A DNA stretch of 64,000 nt from Scyliorhinus canicula (Eukaryota). Location: NCBI RefSeq assembly GCF_902713615.1, contig NC_052149.1, positions 125,615,256 to 125,679,255 of the forward strand, given 5' to 3'. This document shows positions 12,200 to 26,040 of the stretch, piece by piece. The position numbers were made by a program, and so were the translations under genes. Under the pieces are notes generated by a model. That model searched no databases and was not told where the DNA came from. It saw only the letters and a program-made list of their open reading frames with translations. Positions within the stretch are counted from its first letter, which is position 1. Each line of letters starts with the position of its first letter.

Positions 12200-15100
12200 T
12201 GGATGTCTAGAAGCCACCTGTCACCTAACGGCCTCGTCATTCACCAGCCTCCCCAGCGAGTGCTCACGCTGGCAGAAATTAATACTCCTTTTTAAAAACG
12301 TAAACCTGACGGAAGGGCTCCTGTGGCGAGCCGAGGAGGTGAGGAGCCATCTTTGCTCACAGGCAAAGAGCTTGGGGGCACTGGCCTTGACATCACAGTC
12401 CTCGTCGGGGGGTGGTGGACTCTCCGCAGGAGGGGGCCGTCATGGGAGAGTGAGGAGGAGGCGTTGGGGGTGCAACTACAATAGGCAATCGCTCATGGCA
12501 CCATCATGCCAACCCTTGGATCCCAACCCCATGTCAGTGAACCACTGTCCCTGCCCGTCTGCCCCACTGATCACCCAAAACCTCCAGCGACTGCTGTGGC
12601 CTCTGGCCGGGTGGCTGAAGGCTATCGCCTGTCGGGAATTGGCAATCATGGTTAAGTGAGCACTTGACACATGCCAAGTAGGTTCCTGTGGGTGGGCGGG
12701 CAATGTAGCATGTGAGAGTCATTGCCTATCATTCCGATTGCACCTTGATGCCTGGACACTGTGTGGGAGTGAACAGAACACACGCAGCAGCCAACATCTG
12801 AACACCCAAGGTTTGGGACACAGCTCCCGGGACATGCCCACGGTCAGAGGGTGGGTGAGTACCACAGGGAGGGGGTGTCGCCTGGAGAAACAAAGGGTCC
12901 AGGGGTCAGCTTGCATTGTGGAAGAAAGTGACCGAGGCATCAGAATGGTTGTGCAAAATGTTGTTTAATCTGCTGTATAATACCCCACTCTCGATGGTGC
13001 CGCACTCCCCCCCCCCCCCCCCCCCCCTCCCCCCCACCAAACCCCTACCTCACCGCCCTCAGTGTTCCTCAATGTGCTTGGCCCTCTTAGCTCTACCACT
13101 ACGTCTTGGTGTTTCCCCAGGATGTGCATCTGAGATGGAAGCAGCCTTCGATGGCGGGTATCCTCTGGGGGCTCTGGGACCAGGGAGCCATGGCTAACCT
13201 GTCGACAGCTCATGCACAGCTGTGTTGCCCCGTTCAGGGTGCTGATCCCGAGGTGGGGCCTCATCAGAGGGGTGGAACTCGGAAGTGGCCACTGTCACCG
13301 CCCCCTAGGACAGGTCTGAGTTGGCACTCAGCGCCCCCTCCTTTCGGTCGGTGCCCATAGGGCCCTGGGGTTCACCTAGGGATTGAGGAACATCTGGTTC
13401 GGGCTCCGGCTGCCCCTGCATCATCTGGCTCTGCCAGCCCTGGCGGTTCCTCAATGTCCGCACCATCGTGTTGGCACCCTTGGCAATGCCCTCAGTGACT
13501 GGGACACATCCCCCAGTAACCGGGCCGTGCTCTGCAGTGTCTCAGCCATGCCCACCTGCGACTGGGACAAGCTCCGCAGCGTCTCGGCCATTCCCATCTG
13601 AGAGCGGGACATGTCCTGCAAAACCCCATCAAGGTCGGCCTGATACTGGGTGACATCCCCCAGTGAGGCAGGTAGTCTGCTGAGCAGCTCAGTCATGGCT
13701 GTCACCAGCTGTGTGTCGCCTTGGACACCTTCACTCATGGTGCTGACGTCGTGCATTAAACCTTTCACTGCGGTCGCCACCCTAATAGAGTTGGCCTCGG
13801 TGCCACTCATTGTCAGTGACATCTGTGCCCGTAGCCTCTGGGCTCCTTCAACCGGCTGTGGATTGTTGTGTTTTGCTGCTTCGGATAACACAGGCTGCTA
13901 TTTGATGCAGTCTTAACTAAAGGATGCTCCAGACTCTGAAATGAGTCCAACGTGTTTATTGAACTATTAACACAGATCTCAAATGAGTTTGACTCCCTGC
14001 TAATCTAACTGTAGTAACTCAGTCTAACTGTACCAGCTTACTCTAAGCCGCGTGCTGGGGTGTGATGCTGCTGATCAACCCTGTCTAACTCTCTCGATGT
14101 CTATCTGTGGTAAGAGGCAGGGTGTGAGTGCCTCATCCCTTTTATAGTGTTTATGCCATGCCCCCTTGTGGTAATGCCGCCTCTGAGTGTCCTGACTGCC
14201 CATTGGTTGTGTCCTATTCTGAGTGTTCATTGGTTGCATGTTTGCATATGACATGGATCTGCTGGAGTGTGGCTGACATCACCGTTCCCAATCGTCTCCG
14301 TCAGCTCTGGGTAACTCTGTACCACAGGCTCAGCATCAGGCTGGGGCCCAGCTGGGTCCTGGGATCCAGCAGCCCTCCAACTGCTGTCTGGCCTGGGGGG
14401 GTTCCTGCCTCCACCTGATGTCCATCAGCAGCAGTGCGATTCTCACCAGATTGGGCCCCAGAAGCCTGACCTCTGACATTTCCCAGCGAGGTGTGTGTAT
14501 CTGTGCTGATGGAGAGTGGGGATGACAGCTGTGCCGTGACTATAACAGTTGCATCTGGGAGGTGTTCTACCCGGAGTCAGGAGAGGGGGCCATCCGGGAT
14601 GGACCGGTGCCGTCGGCCGCTGGATTTGCAGGAGAATGGACATGTGGTCAGTGGGAAGGATGGGTCAGTCAGTAAAGCAATAACAACTCACTTGTGACAG
14701 GTCCACAGGGTGGAGCCCGGTGGATCCTCACCTCTGCGGCATCCGGCAGCCTCCGTGTGGGTAACCACTCTGTCCTCGGCCACCCTCCAGGGCTCGCTCC
14801 TCGAAGGAGGTGAGGATTCTCAAGTCCAGCACCCCACCGCCAGTCTGGGCCCTCTCCTGGTGATTATGGGAAAGCTATTCCTGTGGGGACACAGAGAGGG
14901 CATCATTAGCCACATGCGTGGTTCACAGTTGTGGAGGCGAATGTGAAGGGAAGGTTGGGGCGAAGGGAGAGTTGGACTGGTGAGTGGAGGAAGTGCGGAA
15001 GGGGGAGGGGGATGAAGGGAGGGTTGGAGGATGCTCCCTTGGGGGGTTTGGGGGTGGGATGTTGGTATCTACTCACCTTTGCTGCCCAGAGTAGGTCGTT

Positions 15101-15554
15101 GACCTTCCGACACTGAGAGGTCAGTCCTTGTGGTCACACTGCCCGAGCTGACTGCTGCCGCCACCTCATCCCAGACAGCACTGGCTGCCTTGTGGCTCAC
15201 CCTCCGGGACCCTCGGGGAACAGAACATCCCTCCTGGCCTTCACAGCGTCCAGGAGCCTCCCCAGGTCAACATCCCTGAATCTTGAGGCCGGTCTCCTCG
15301 GTGCCATTGCTGTGAGTTGGCTGGGGTTGGTTGAGCAAGTGCTGCTCGACATTGTTATCGGAGGGCTGGCGAGAGCGGTTCTGGCGAATCAGCTGGCGAG
15401 CTGGCATTTGGTGCGGTAAACCGTGAGGCCTCGTTAAGTGGGCCAATTAACATTGAATAGTGTTGCCGGCCCCACTGGGCCGAGCGCTGGGAAACACGTG
15501 GCAATTCCTGCTCACTACGGCACTTGGAATTTTTTCCAGAGAATCACACCCAGT
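12200..15554 (-). mobile_element. Harbinger-family element B1 carrying a decayed, intron-containing Myb/SANT-like gene
   Basis: Exon 1 at 15307-15077 (MAPRRPASRFRDVDLGRLLDAVKARRDVLFP...QCRKVNDLLWAAK, GTGAGT donor); exon 2 ~14880-14731 (HNHQERAQTGGGVLDLRILTSFEERALE); coiled-coil exon ~14620-13400; TIR-like end AGAGAATCACACCC at 15541-15554. Left boundary approximate. Confidence 0.75.
13864..14253 (-). mobile_element. Solo LTR (390 bp) inside the B1 Myb-like gene
   Basis: TG...CA ends; 5-bp TSD TGGAT at 13859-13863 and 14254-14258; TATAAAA and AATAAA on the minus strand. Confidence 0.85.
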
Positions 15555-15714
15555 GTCTATCAGGACAGGGAGACATCGGGCTGGATTCTCCCAGACATCG
15601 CGGCAAAATCCCAAAATGCGATCGGCCGGAGAATCGGCTCCGATGGCGAAATCGGGCTCGACTCCGTCGACACCAATCGGGGGGATCACCCAGGGCCACA
15701 CCGATGGCAGCCGC

Positions 15715-15985
15715 CAGTGATGGCAGCCCCCAGTGAGGGCAGCTCCCAATGAGGGCACCTCCCAATGAGGGCAGCTCCCAGTGATGGCAGCTCCCAATGA
15801 GGGCAGCTCCCAATGAGGGCAGCTCCCAATGAGGGCAGCCGCCAATGAGGGCAGCTCCCAGTGAGGGCAGCACCCAGTGAGGGCAGCTCCCAATGAGGGC
15901 AGCTCCCAATGAGGGCAGCTCCCAATGAGGGCAGCTCCCAATGAGGGCAGCTCCCAGTGAGGGCAGCACCCAGTGAGGGCAGCAC
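15715..15985. repeat. 16-bp minisatellite (GAGGGCAGCTCCCAAT)n, ~16 copies
   Basis: Directly visible tandem units. Confidence 0.9.
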
Positions 15986-16164
15986 CATCAAATGGTGGCC
16001 CTGGCAGGAAGGGCAGGCACCAGGAATAGGGCACCGACAGGCGGGGCTGGAGGTCATGCGTGGCTGGAGCCCGCGGTGCCAACTGGGGCGACCGTGTAGC
16101 CCATGGCATCTGGCTGTGCACGGGTGGATGCGCAATGATAACTTTTTCTCCCCTCAGGCCGACA

Positions 16165-16380
16165 GGCCGAGGTGGAGGAGGAGGATGGGGAGGCGGAATG
16201 GGGCGAGGAGGAGGAGGAGGATGGGGAGGTGGAATGGGGCGAGGAGGAGGAGGAGGATGGGGAGGCGGAATGGGGCGAGGAGGAGGAGGAGGATGGGGAG
16301 GTGGAATGGGGCGAGGAGGAGGAGGAGGATGGGGAGGGGGAATGGGGCGAGGAGGAGGAGGAGGAGGATGGGGAGGCGGA
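16165..16380. repeat. 36-bp purine-rich tandem repeat (GGGGCGAGGAGGAGGAGGAGGATGGGGAGGCGGAAT)n running into an assembly gap
   Basis: About 6 visible units, then 100 N. Confidence 0.9.
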
Positions 16381-16480
16381 NNNNNNNNNNNNNNNNNNNN
16401 NNNNNNNNNNNNNNNNNNNNNNNNNNNNNNNNNNNNNNNNNNNNNNNNNNNNNNNNNNNNNNNNNNNNNNNNNNNNNNNN
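16381..16480. other. Assembly gap (100 N)
   Basis: Run of n characters. Confidence 1.
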
Positions 16481-17204
16481 ACAGCAACAGTGTTAGTCGC
16501 TCCGACACATGCAGCCCAAGGGATGGCTCTCTGATGGCATTGATGCACAGGGCACTCGGCCATTGCAGCTGGCATGGGTGGGTGCAGCCATGTAGGTCAG
16601 GATGGGGGTGGGACTGTCCCCCTGGGGGGGGGGGGCAGTCACATGTGTGTGGGGGGGTAGGGTGGTTAGTGCCGGGGCACAGTGCTGGGTACTCACCGTG
16701 GCTGCACTGGTCTGCAGTCCGGTCCACGTCCCCGACGGCCCCTGCCATCTTTGCCCATGCATGGCGGACGATGGTGCCTGTTGTCCTTCGTCCCAGCCCG
16801 GGGTACACCACCTCCGTGGCGTCCAGGAGGCTCTCCAGTTTGCCGTCCCGAAATTGGGGCGCGGCTCTCCTGGCGGCCATCTTGCCTGCGAGTCTGTGTG
16901 CGGGGGGGGAGAATTATTAAGTTCAGCCCCGACATCGCATCAATTATGGAACCGGCGAATCGGCGGCCGTTCCCACGGGTGTTTCACAATGCACCCGTGC
17001 CAGCTCCTTGTGGGCCGTTGAATTGCTCTACCTGGGGGCCCGATTTCCATGCTGTATGGTTTCTCAGCATGGTGGGAGGGGATTAGTGATCCGTTCTTTG
17101 AGGTTAGGCAGTGATGTGTGTCCCAGTATCTCAGACAGTGAGGCTGTTGGTTTCTGTGACTGACGCAATGATATCCATTCTCATTTCACTCACTGTGACA
17201 CAAA

Positions 17205-17360
17205 AAATGAAAATCGCTTATTGTCACGAGTAGGCTTCAATAAAGTTACTGTGAAAAGGCCCTAGTCGCCACATTCCGGCGTCTGTTCGGGGAGGCTGGT
17301 ACGGGAATTGAACCGTGCCTTGGTCTGCTTTAAAAGCCAGCGATTTAGCCCAGTGTGCTA
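17205..17360 (-). mobile_element. Short tRNA-derived SINE (second family)
   Basis: Minus strand GGGGCTGGTTTAGCACACTGGGCTAAA...GGTTCAATTCCC...cttttcacagtaac...gtgacaataagcgattttcattt; a related copy lies at ~63210-63320. Confidence 0.8.
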
Positions 17361-17723
17361 AACCAGCCCCTATCGGGGCTGCCCCTACCAGTGGAGATGT
17401 TGTCAGAGACCCAGGGACGAGAGGAGGGGATGCTGGCCATCCGCGTGCAGGAGCATGGGGTGGTGCCAGTCATGCGTGCCACCCAGGCCGAAACCGCAAG
17501 GGTGGCGTCTGCAGTGTCGGATATGGGTCAGAATGTGCAAAGCCTGGGACATTCTGTGCAGGCGGGGGCCGAGGCCCAGGACAGGGCTGCCCTCTCACAG
17601 GCAGCCATGTGCCAGAGCCAGCTGGAGATTGCAGTGGCGCTCCTCAGCGTGGCCCAGTCACAGCAGGCTATGGCTGAGAGGGTCGGCAGCAATGCCCAGG
17701 AGCTGGCCGCCGTGACAGAGACA

Positions 17724-20700
17724 CAGAGGGAGGTGGCTCAGTTTCAGAGGGACATGACCCAGTCCCAGAGGGAAGTGGCCCATTCCCAGAGGGACGTGGC
17801 CCAGTCCCAGAGGGACGTGACCCAGTCCCAAAGGAACGTGACCCAGTCCAAAAGGGACACGGCCCACTCACTGGCTGATGTGGCCCACACCCTGAGGGAC
17901 ACGGCCCACACCCTGAGGGTCACGGCCCACACCCTGAGGGACACGGCCCACACCCTGAGGGACACGGCCCACACCCTGAGGGTCGCGGCCCACACTCTGA
18001 GGGACACGGCCCACACCCTGAGGGACACGGCCCACACACTGAGGGACACGGCCCACACCCTGAGGGACACGGCCCACACCCTGAGGGACACGGCCCACAC
18101 CCTGAGGGACACGGCCCACACACTGAGGGACACGGCCCACACCCTGAGGGACACGGCCCACACACTGAGGGACACGGCCCACTGACTGGCTGATGTGGCC
18201 CACACCCTGAGGGACACGGCACACACCCTGAGGGACACGGCCCACACCCTGAGGGACACGGCCCACAACCTGAGGGACACGGCCCACACCCTGAGGGACA
18301 CGGCCCACACCCTGAGAGACACGGCCCACTGACTGGCTGATGTGGCCCACACCCTGAGGGTCGCGGCCCACACACTGAGGGACACGGCCCACACCCTGAG
18401 GTTCGCGGCCCACTCACTGGCTGATGTGGCCCGCACCCTGAGGGACACGCCCCACACCCTGAGGGACACGGCCCACACCCTGAGGGACACCCCACACCCT
18501 GAGGGACACGGCCCACACACTGAGGGACACCCCACACCCTGAGGGACACGGCCCACAACCTGAGGGACACGGCCCACACCCTGAGGGACACGGCCCACAC
18601 CCTGAGGGACACGTCCCACACCCTGAGGGACACGGCCCACACCCTGAGGGACACGGCCCACACCCTGAGGGACACGGCCAACTGACTGGCTGATGTGGCC
18701 CACACCCTGAGGGACACGGCCCACATCCTGAGGGACATGGCCCACACCCTGAGGGACACGGCCCACACCCTGAGGGACACTGCCCACACCCTGAGGGACA
18801 CGGCCCACTCACTGAGGGACACGGCCCACACCCTGAGGGACACGGCCCACACCCTGAGGGACACGGCAAACTGACTGGCTGATGTGGCCCACACCCTGAG
18901 GGACAGGGCCCACTCACTGAGGGACACGGCCCACACCCTGAGGGACACCCCACACCCTGAGGGACATGGTCCACACCCTGAGGGACACCCCACACCCTGA
19001 GGGAAACGGCCCACACCCTGAGGGACACGGCCCACAACCTGAGGGACACGGCCCACACCCTGAGGGACACGGCCCGCACCCTGAGGGACACGGCCCACTG
19101 ACTGGCTGATGTGGCCCACACCCTGAGGGACACGGCCCACACCCTGAGGGACACGGCCCACACCTGAGGGACACGGCCCACACCCTGAGGGACACGGCCC
19201 ACACCCTGAGGGACACGGCCCACTGACTGGCTGATGTGGCCCACACCCTGAGGGACACGGCCCACACCCTGAGGGACACGGCCCGCACCCTGAGGGACAC
19301 GGCCCGCACCCTGAGGGACAGGGCCCACAACCTGAGGGACACGGCCCACACCCTGAGGGACACGGCCCACACCCTGAGGGACACGGCCCACACCCTGAGG
19401 GTCGCGGCCCACTCACTGGTTGATGTGGCCCACACCCTGAGGGACACGGCCCACACCCTGAGGGACACGGCCCACACCCTGAGGGACACCCCACAACCTG
19501 AGGGACACGGCCCACTGACTGGCTGATGTGGCCCACACCCTGAGGGACACGGCCCACACCCTGAAGGACACGGCCCACTGACTGGCTGATGTGGCCCACA
19601 ACCTGAGGGACACGGCCCACACCCTGAGGGACACGGCCCACACCCTGAGGGACACGGCCCACAACCTGAGGGACACGGCCCACACCCTGAGGGACACGGC
19701 CCACACCCTGAGGGACACGGCCCACTGACTGGCTGATGTGGCCCACACCCTGAGGGACACGGCCCATACCCTGAGGGACACGGCCCACACCCTGAGGGAC
19801 ACAGCCCACACCCTGAGGGACACAGCCCACACCCTAAGGGACACGGCCCACACCCTGAGGGACACGGCCCACACCCTGAGGGACACGGCCCACAACCTGA
19901 GGGACACGGCCCACACCCTGAGGGACACGGCCCACACCCTGTGGGACACGGCCCACTGACTGGCTGATGTGGCCCACACCCTGAGGGACACGGCCCACAC
20001 CCTGAGGGACACGGCCCACAACCTGAGGGACACGGCCCACACCCTGAGGGACACGGCCCACACCCTGAGGGACACGGCCCACTTACTGGCTGATGTGGCC
20101 CACAACCTGAGGGACACAGCCCACACCCTGAGGGTCGCGGCCCACACCCTGAGGGACACGGCCCACACCCTGAGGGTCGCGGCCCACTCACTGGCTGATG
20201 TGGCCCACACCCTGAGGGACACGGCCCACACCCTGAGGGACACGGCCCACACCCTGAGGGACACCCCACACCCTGAGGGACACGGCCCACACACTGAGGG
20301 ACACGGCCCACTGACTGGCTGATGTGGCCCACACCCTGAGGGACATGGCCCACACCATGAGGGACACGGCCCACACCCTGAGGGACACGTCCCACACCCT
20401 GAGGGACACGGCCCACAACCTGAGGGACACGGCCCACACCCTGAGGGACACGGCCCACACCCTGAGGGACACGGCCCACTGACTAGCTGATGTGGCCCAC
20501 ACCCTGAGGGACACGGCCCACATCCTGAGGGACACGGCCCACACCCTGAGAGACACGGCCCACACCCTGAGGGACACGGCCCACACCCTGAGGGACACGG
20601 CCCACACCCTGAGGGACACGGCCCACACCCTGAGGGACACGGCGCACTGACTGGCTGATGTGGCCCACACCCTGAGGGACACGGCCCACTCACTGAGGGA

Positions 20701-23700
20701 CACGGCCCACACCCTGAGGGACACGGCCCACACCCTGAGGGACACGGCCCACACCCTGAGGGACACGGCCCACACCCTGAGGGTCGCGGCCCACACCCTG
20801 AGGGACACGGCCCACACCCTGAGGGACACGGCCCACACACTGAGGGACACGGCCCACACCCTGAGGGACACGGCCCACACCCTGAGGGACACGGCCCACA
20901 CACTGAGGGACACGGCCCACACACTGAGGGACACGGCCCACACCCTGAGGGACACGGCCCACACACTGAGGGACACGGCCCACTGACTGGCTGATGTGGC
21001 CCACACCCTGAGGGACACGGCACACACCCTGAGGGACACGGCCCACACCCTGAGGAACACGGCCCACAACCTGAGGGACACGGCCCACACCCTGAGGGAC
21101 ACGGCCCACACCCTGAGGGACACGGCCCACTGACTGGCTGATGTGGCCCACACCCTGAGGGTCGCGGCCCACACCCTGAGGGACACGGCCCACACCCTGA
21201 GGGTCGCGGCCCACTCACTGGCTGATGTGGCCCGCACCCTGAGGGGCACGGCCCACACCCTGAGGGACACGGCCCACACCCTGAGGGACACGGCCCACAC
21301 CCTGAGGGACACCCCACACCCTGAGGGACACGGCCCACACACTGAGGGACACCCCACACCCTGAGGGACACGGCCCACACCCTGAGGGACACGGCCCACA
21401 ACCTGAGGGACACGGCCCACACCCTGAGGGACACGGCACACACCCTGAGGGACACGGCCCACTGACTGGCTGATGTGGCCCACACGCTGAGGGACACGGC
21501 CCACACCATGAGGGACACGGCCCACACCCTGAGGGACACGGCCCACACCCTGAGGGACACGGCCCACACCCTGAGGGACACGGCCCACACCCTGAGGGAC
21601 ACCCCACACCCTGAGGGACACGGCCCACACCCTGAAGGCCACGGCCCACTGACTGGCTGATGTGGCCCACACCCTGAGGGACACGGCCCACACCCTGAAG
21701 GACACGGCCCACTGACTGGCTGATGTGGCCCACAACCTGAGGGACACGGCCCACACCCTGAGGGACACGGCCCACACCCTGAGGGACACGGCCCACACCC
21801 TGAGGGACACGTCCCACACCCTGAGGGACACGGCCCACACCCTGAGGGACACGGCCCACACCCTGAGGGACACGGCCAACTGACTGGCTGATGTGGCCCA
21901 CACCCTGAGGGACACGGCCCACATCCTGAGGGACACGGCCCACACCCTGAGGGACACGGCCCACACCCTGAGGGACACTGCCCACACCCTGAGGGACACG
22001 GCCCACTCACTGAGGGACACGGCCCACACCCTGAGGGACACGGCCCACACCCTGAGGGACACCCCACACCCTGAGGGACACGGTCCACACCCTGAGGGAC
22101 ACCCCACACCCTGAGGGAAACGGCCCACACCCTGAGGGACACGGCCCGCACCCTGAGGGACACGGCCCACTGACTGGCTGATGTGGCCCACACCCTGAGG
22201 GACACGGCCCACACCCTGAGGGACACGGCCCACACCTGAGGGACACGGTCCACACCCTGAGGGACACGGCCCACACCCTGAGGGACACGGCCCACTGACT
22301 GGCTGATGTGGCCCACACCCTGAGGGACACGGCCCACACCCTGAGGGACACGGCCCATACCCTGAGGGACACGGCCCACACCCTGAGGGACAGGGCCCAC
22401 AACCTGAGGGACACGGCCCACACCCTGAGGGACACGGCCCACACCCTGAGGGACACGGCCCACACCCTGAGGGTCGTGGCCCACTCACTGGCTGATGTGG
22501 CCCACACCCTGAGGGACACGGCCCACACCCTGAGGGACACGGCCCACACCCTGAGGGACACGGCCCACACCCTGAGGGACACCCCACACCCTGAGGGACA
22601 CGGCCCACTGACTGGCTGATGTGGCCCACACCCTGAGGGACACGGCCCACACCCTGAGGGACACGGCCCACACCCTGAGGGACACGGCCCACAACCTGAG
22701 GGACACGGCCCACACCCTGAGGGACACGGCCCACACCCTGAGGGACACGGCCCACTGACTGGCTGATGTGGCCCACACCCTGAGGGACACGGCCCATACC
22801 CTGAGGGACACGGCCCACACCCTGAGGGACACGTCCCACACCCTGAGGGACACAGCCCACACCCTGAGGGACACGGCCCACACCCTGTGGGACACGGCCC
22901 ACAACCTGAGGGACACGGCCCACACCCTGAGGGACACGGCCCACACCCTGTGGGACACGGCCCACTGACTGGCTGATGTGGCCCACACCCTGAGGGACAC
23001 AGCCCACACCCTGAGGGACACGGCCCACACCCTGAGGGACACGGCCCACTGACTGGCTGATGTGGCCCACACCCTGAGGGACACAGCCCACACCCTGAGG
23101 GACACGGCCCACACCCTGAGGGACACGGCCCACACCCTGAGGGACACGGCCCACTTACTGGCTGATGTGGCCCACAACCTGAGGGACACAGCCCACACCC
23201 TGAGGGTCGCGGCCCACACCCTGAGGGACACGGCCCACACCCTGAGGGTCGCGGCCCACTCACTGGCTGATGTGGCCCACACCCTGAGGGACACGGCCCA
23301 CACCCTGAGGGACACGGCCCACACCCTGAGGGACACCCCACACCCTGAGGGACACGGCCCACATACTGAGGGACACGGCCCACTGACTGGCTGATGTGGC
23401 CCACACCCTGAGGGACACGGCCCACACCCTGAAGGACACGGCCCACTGACTGGCTGATGTGGCCCACACCCTGAGGGACACGGCCCACTCACTGAGGGAC
23501 ACGGCCCACACCCTGAGGGACACGTCCCACACCCTGAGGGACACGGCCCACAACCTGAGGGACACGGCCCACACCCTGAGGGACACGGCCCACACCCTGA
23601 GGGACACGGCCCACTGACTAGCTGATGTGGCCCACACCCTGAGGGACACGGCCCACATCCTGAGGGACACGGCCCACTCCCTGAGAGACACGGCCCACAC

Positions 23701-24285
23701 CCTGAGGGACACGGCCCACACCCTGAGGGATACGGCCCACACCCTGAGGGACACGGCCCACTGACTGGCTGATGTGGCCCACACCCTGAGGGACACGGCC
23801 CACACCCTGAGGGTCGCGGCCCACACCCTGAGGGACACGGTCCACACCCTGAGGGACACGGCCCACACCCTGAGGGACACGACCCACTGACTGGCTGATG
23901 TGGCCCACACCCTGAGGGACACGGCCCACTCACTGAGGGACACGGCCCACACCCTGAGGGACACGGCCCACACCCTGAGGGACACGGCCCACTCACTGAG
24001 GGACACGGCCCACACCCTGAGGGACACGGCCCACACCCTGAGGGTCGCGGCCCACACCCTGAGGGTCACGGCCCACACCCTGAGGGACACGGCCCACACC
24101 CTGAGGGACACGGCCCACACCCTGAGGGACACGGCCCACACCCTGAGGGACACGGCCCACTCACTGAGGGACACGGCCCACACCCTGAGGGACACGGCCC
24201 ACACACTGAGGGACACGGCCCACACCCTGAGGGACACGGCCCACACACTGAGGGACACGGCCCACACCCTGAGGGTCGCGGCCCA
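17724..24285 (+). repeat. 21-bp minisatellite (GGGACACGGCCCACACCCTGA)n, ~6.5 kb, roughly 300 units, with variant monomers
   Basis: Directly visible; begins as degenerate 21-bp units (CAGAGGGAGGTGGCTCAGTTT...) and grades into a homogeneous array. Confidence 0.98.
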
Positions 24286-24909
24286 GAGAGGATGTCCAGG
24301 ACTGGCAGCGCCAGGTGTTGGGGAGGCCTCAGAGGATGGGTCCACTTGCAGCCCTGTTCCATGGAGAAGCCCGGAGCCATCGGGCACCCCGAGGGAGATG
24401 AGGTGATGGGGCCAGTAAGGTGGCTCCCGCAGGGGAGGTGCAGGAACACCACAGCACCTCGGCCTCCCCTGCTCCTGTCCCTGGTGCATCTGGTGGGCAG
24501 CGGACAGAACAGGGCGGCACCATGCCACCAGGGATGCCCGAGGAGCAGCCAGGCCCATCCAGGTTGGGCTGCCCCAGGAAACATGTGCCAACAGGGATGC
24601 TCATTGCAGGGCAGGAGTCAGAGCAGTCCGTCTCTACGACTGCTGTACCATCTGGGGAACCACCTAGGTGCAGTGTTAGGGCCCGTAAGGCCACAAAGTT
24701 AGACAGCAGTTAAGTTGGCACTGGTGCAGGCCACAGTCTAGTCACAGGGGCTAGGGCACAGACTGTCAATATTTGTTCACAATAAACACATGTTCATACT
24801 GTTCAAACCTGCCTCTGTGCTCTGTCTGATGGGTGTGGGGGTGGTGCAGTCAGTGGTGGCCAGTGGGAGTGGGGGTGTGTGGGACGAGTGAGGCCATGTG
24901 GGTGGACCT

Positions 24910-26040
24910 TGTAGTCTGTGAAACATGTCTCAACGAGGGCTTCCCGTATGCGCTGGCCCTGGCGAGAGCGTTGTGCGGCCTCCCATGCCTGGCCAGGCCC
25001 TATGTCCCGCTCATTGTCCCCTTCCCCCTCATCCTCCTTGTCTTATGAGGCCTGTCCTTCCTCCTCACCCTCCTCGAGCACATCTTCCCTCTGCTGCACG
25101 ATGTTGTGGAGGACGCGGCAGACCCCCACAATGTGATCGGCCCTCCTTGCCTCGTACTGGAGGGCCCCTCCATAGCGGTCCAGACCCTGAAGCACCTCTC
25201 GACCACACCCCTGGTCACTGTGTGGGCATGATTGTAGCGGGTCTTCGCGTCGGTCTGTGGCCTCCGTATAAGCATCATCAGCCACGGCCGCAACGGGTCG
25301 CCCCTGTTGCCCAGCAACCAGCCCCGTAGCCGGGGAGGGGCCTTCCCTTGAACATGTCGGGGATCACCGGGTGCGCCAGGATGAAAGAGTCATATATACT
25401 GCCCGAGAAGAGGGCACAGACGTGCATAATCTGCACGAATGGTAGCCCTTCCTGTTCGTGAACAGCAGCCTGTTATCCGCCGGTGGCCGTAGTGTGACAT
25501 GCACCCCAATGCTAACCCCCTGGACCTTGGCCATCCCAGTGATGGAACCCGCTGCCCGGGCTACCTGGTGGACGTGGTCCACAGGGTACTGGATGTAACG
25601 CTCCACCTGGGCAAACACCTGGGACGGTCTGAGGGTCCGTGATGGCGCCAATGGCAGGGAAATGCCGGACAGGTCCCCACTTGGCGACTGGAAGGACCCC
25701 ATCGCATAAAAGTTCAGGGCGACCGTCACCTTGACGGCCACCGGTAGCAGGTTTCCTCCCCCATTCCCCACCGTGCCAAGTGTGCCATCATGTGGCAGAT
25801 GTGTCAAATTGTCTCCCTGCTCAACCGCAGTCTCCTTCTGCATGCCCGGTCCGGAAGGTCCTCAAAGGACATGCGGTCGGGGTACATGTGTGGACTCATT
25901 TGGCGCCTCCTTGGCACCTCCTCCTCCTCGTCCTGTTAGGCGGCCAGCCCTCCAGCCTGAGCGGTTGCCATCTGCCCGTCTGCAGCCCACTCCATTGCTG
26001 CAGGCGCAGCCACCTCTCTGAGCCGCTGCCGCTCACGCTA
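24910..26040 (-). pseudogene. Harbinger (DDE_Tnp_4/HARBI1-like) nuclease pseudogene
   Basis: LPVAVKVTVALNFYAMGSFQSPSGDLSGIS; LFTNRKGYHS; LGNRGDPLRPWLM..RRPQTDAKTRYNHAHTVTRGVVERCF; LQYEARRADHIVGVCRVLHNI; many frameshifts. Confidence 0.88.

Larger units (their letters stand above)
15578..17095 (-). mobile_element. Harbinger-family element B2 (internally deleted) with Myb/SANT exon 1 at 16880-16697
   Basis: TIR-like start GGGCTGGATTCTCC at 15578; MAARRAAPQFRDGKLESLLDATE...IVRHAWAKMAGAVG...RTADQC followed by a GTGAGT donor. Right end degenerate. Confidence 0.65.

Noticed and set aside
16172-16534. Acidic EEEEEDGEAEWG repeat protein
   Set aside because: It is the translation of a 36-bp repeat that runs into an N gap, with no gene context
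17744-24591. Very long minus-strand ORFs (up to 1023 aa) rich in CPSGCGP, VWAVSLR or GVGRVPQ, resembling metallothionein or keratin-associated proteins
   Set aside because: They are translations of the 21-bp array, which has no stops on that strand in any frame. They lack unique termini, and the ancestral coding strand is +
24910-26040. Domesticated HARBI1/MSANTD host genes
   Set aside because: The frames are broken repeatedly and they sit with TIR-like ends in multiple diverged copies, which indicates transposon relics
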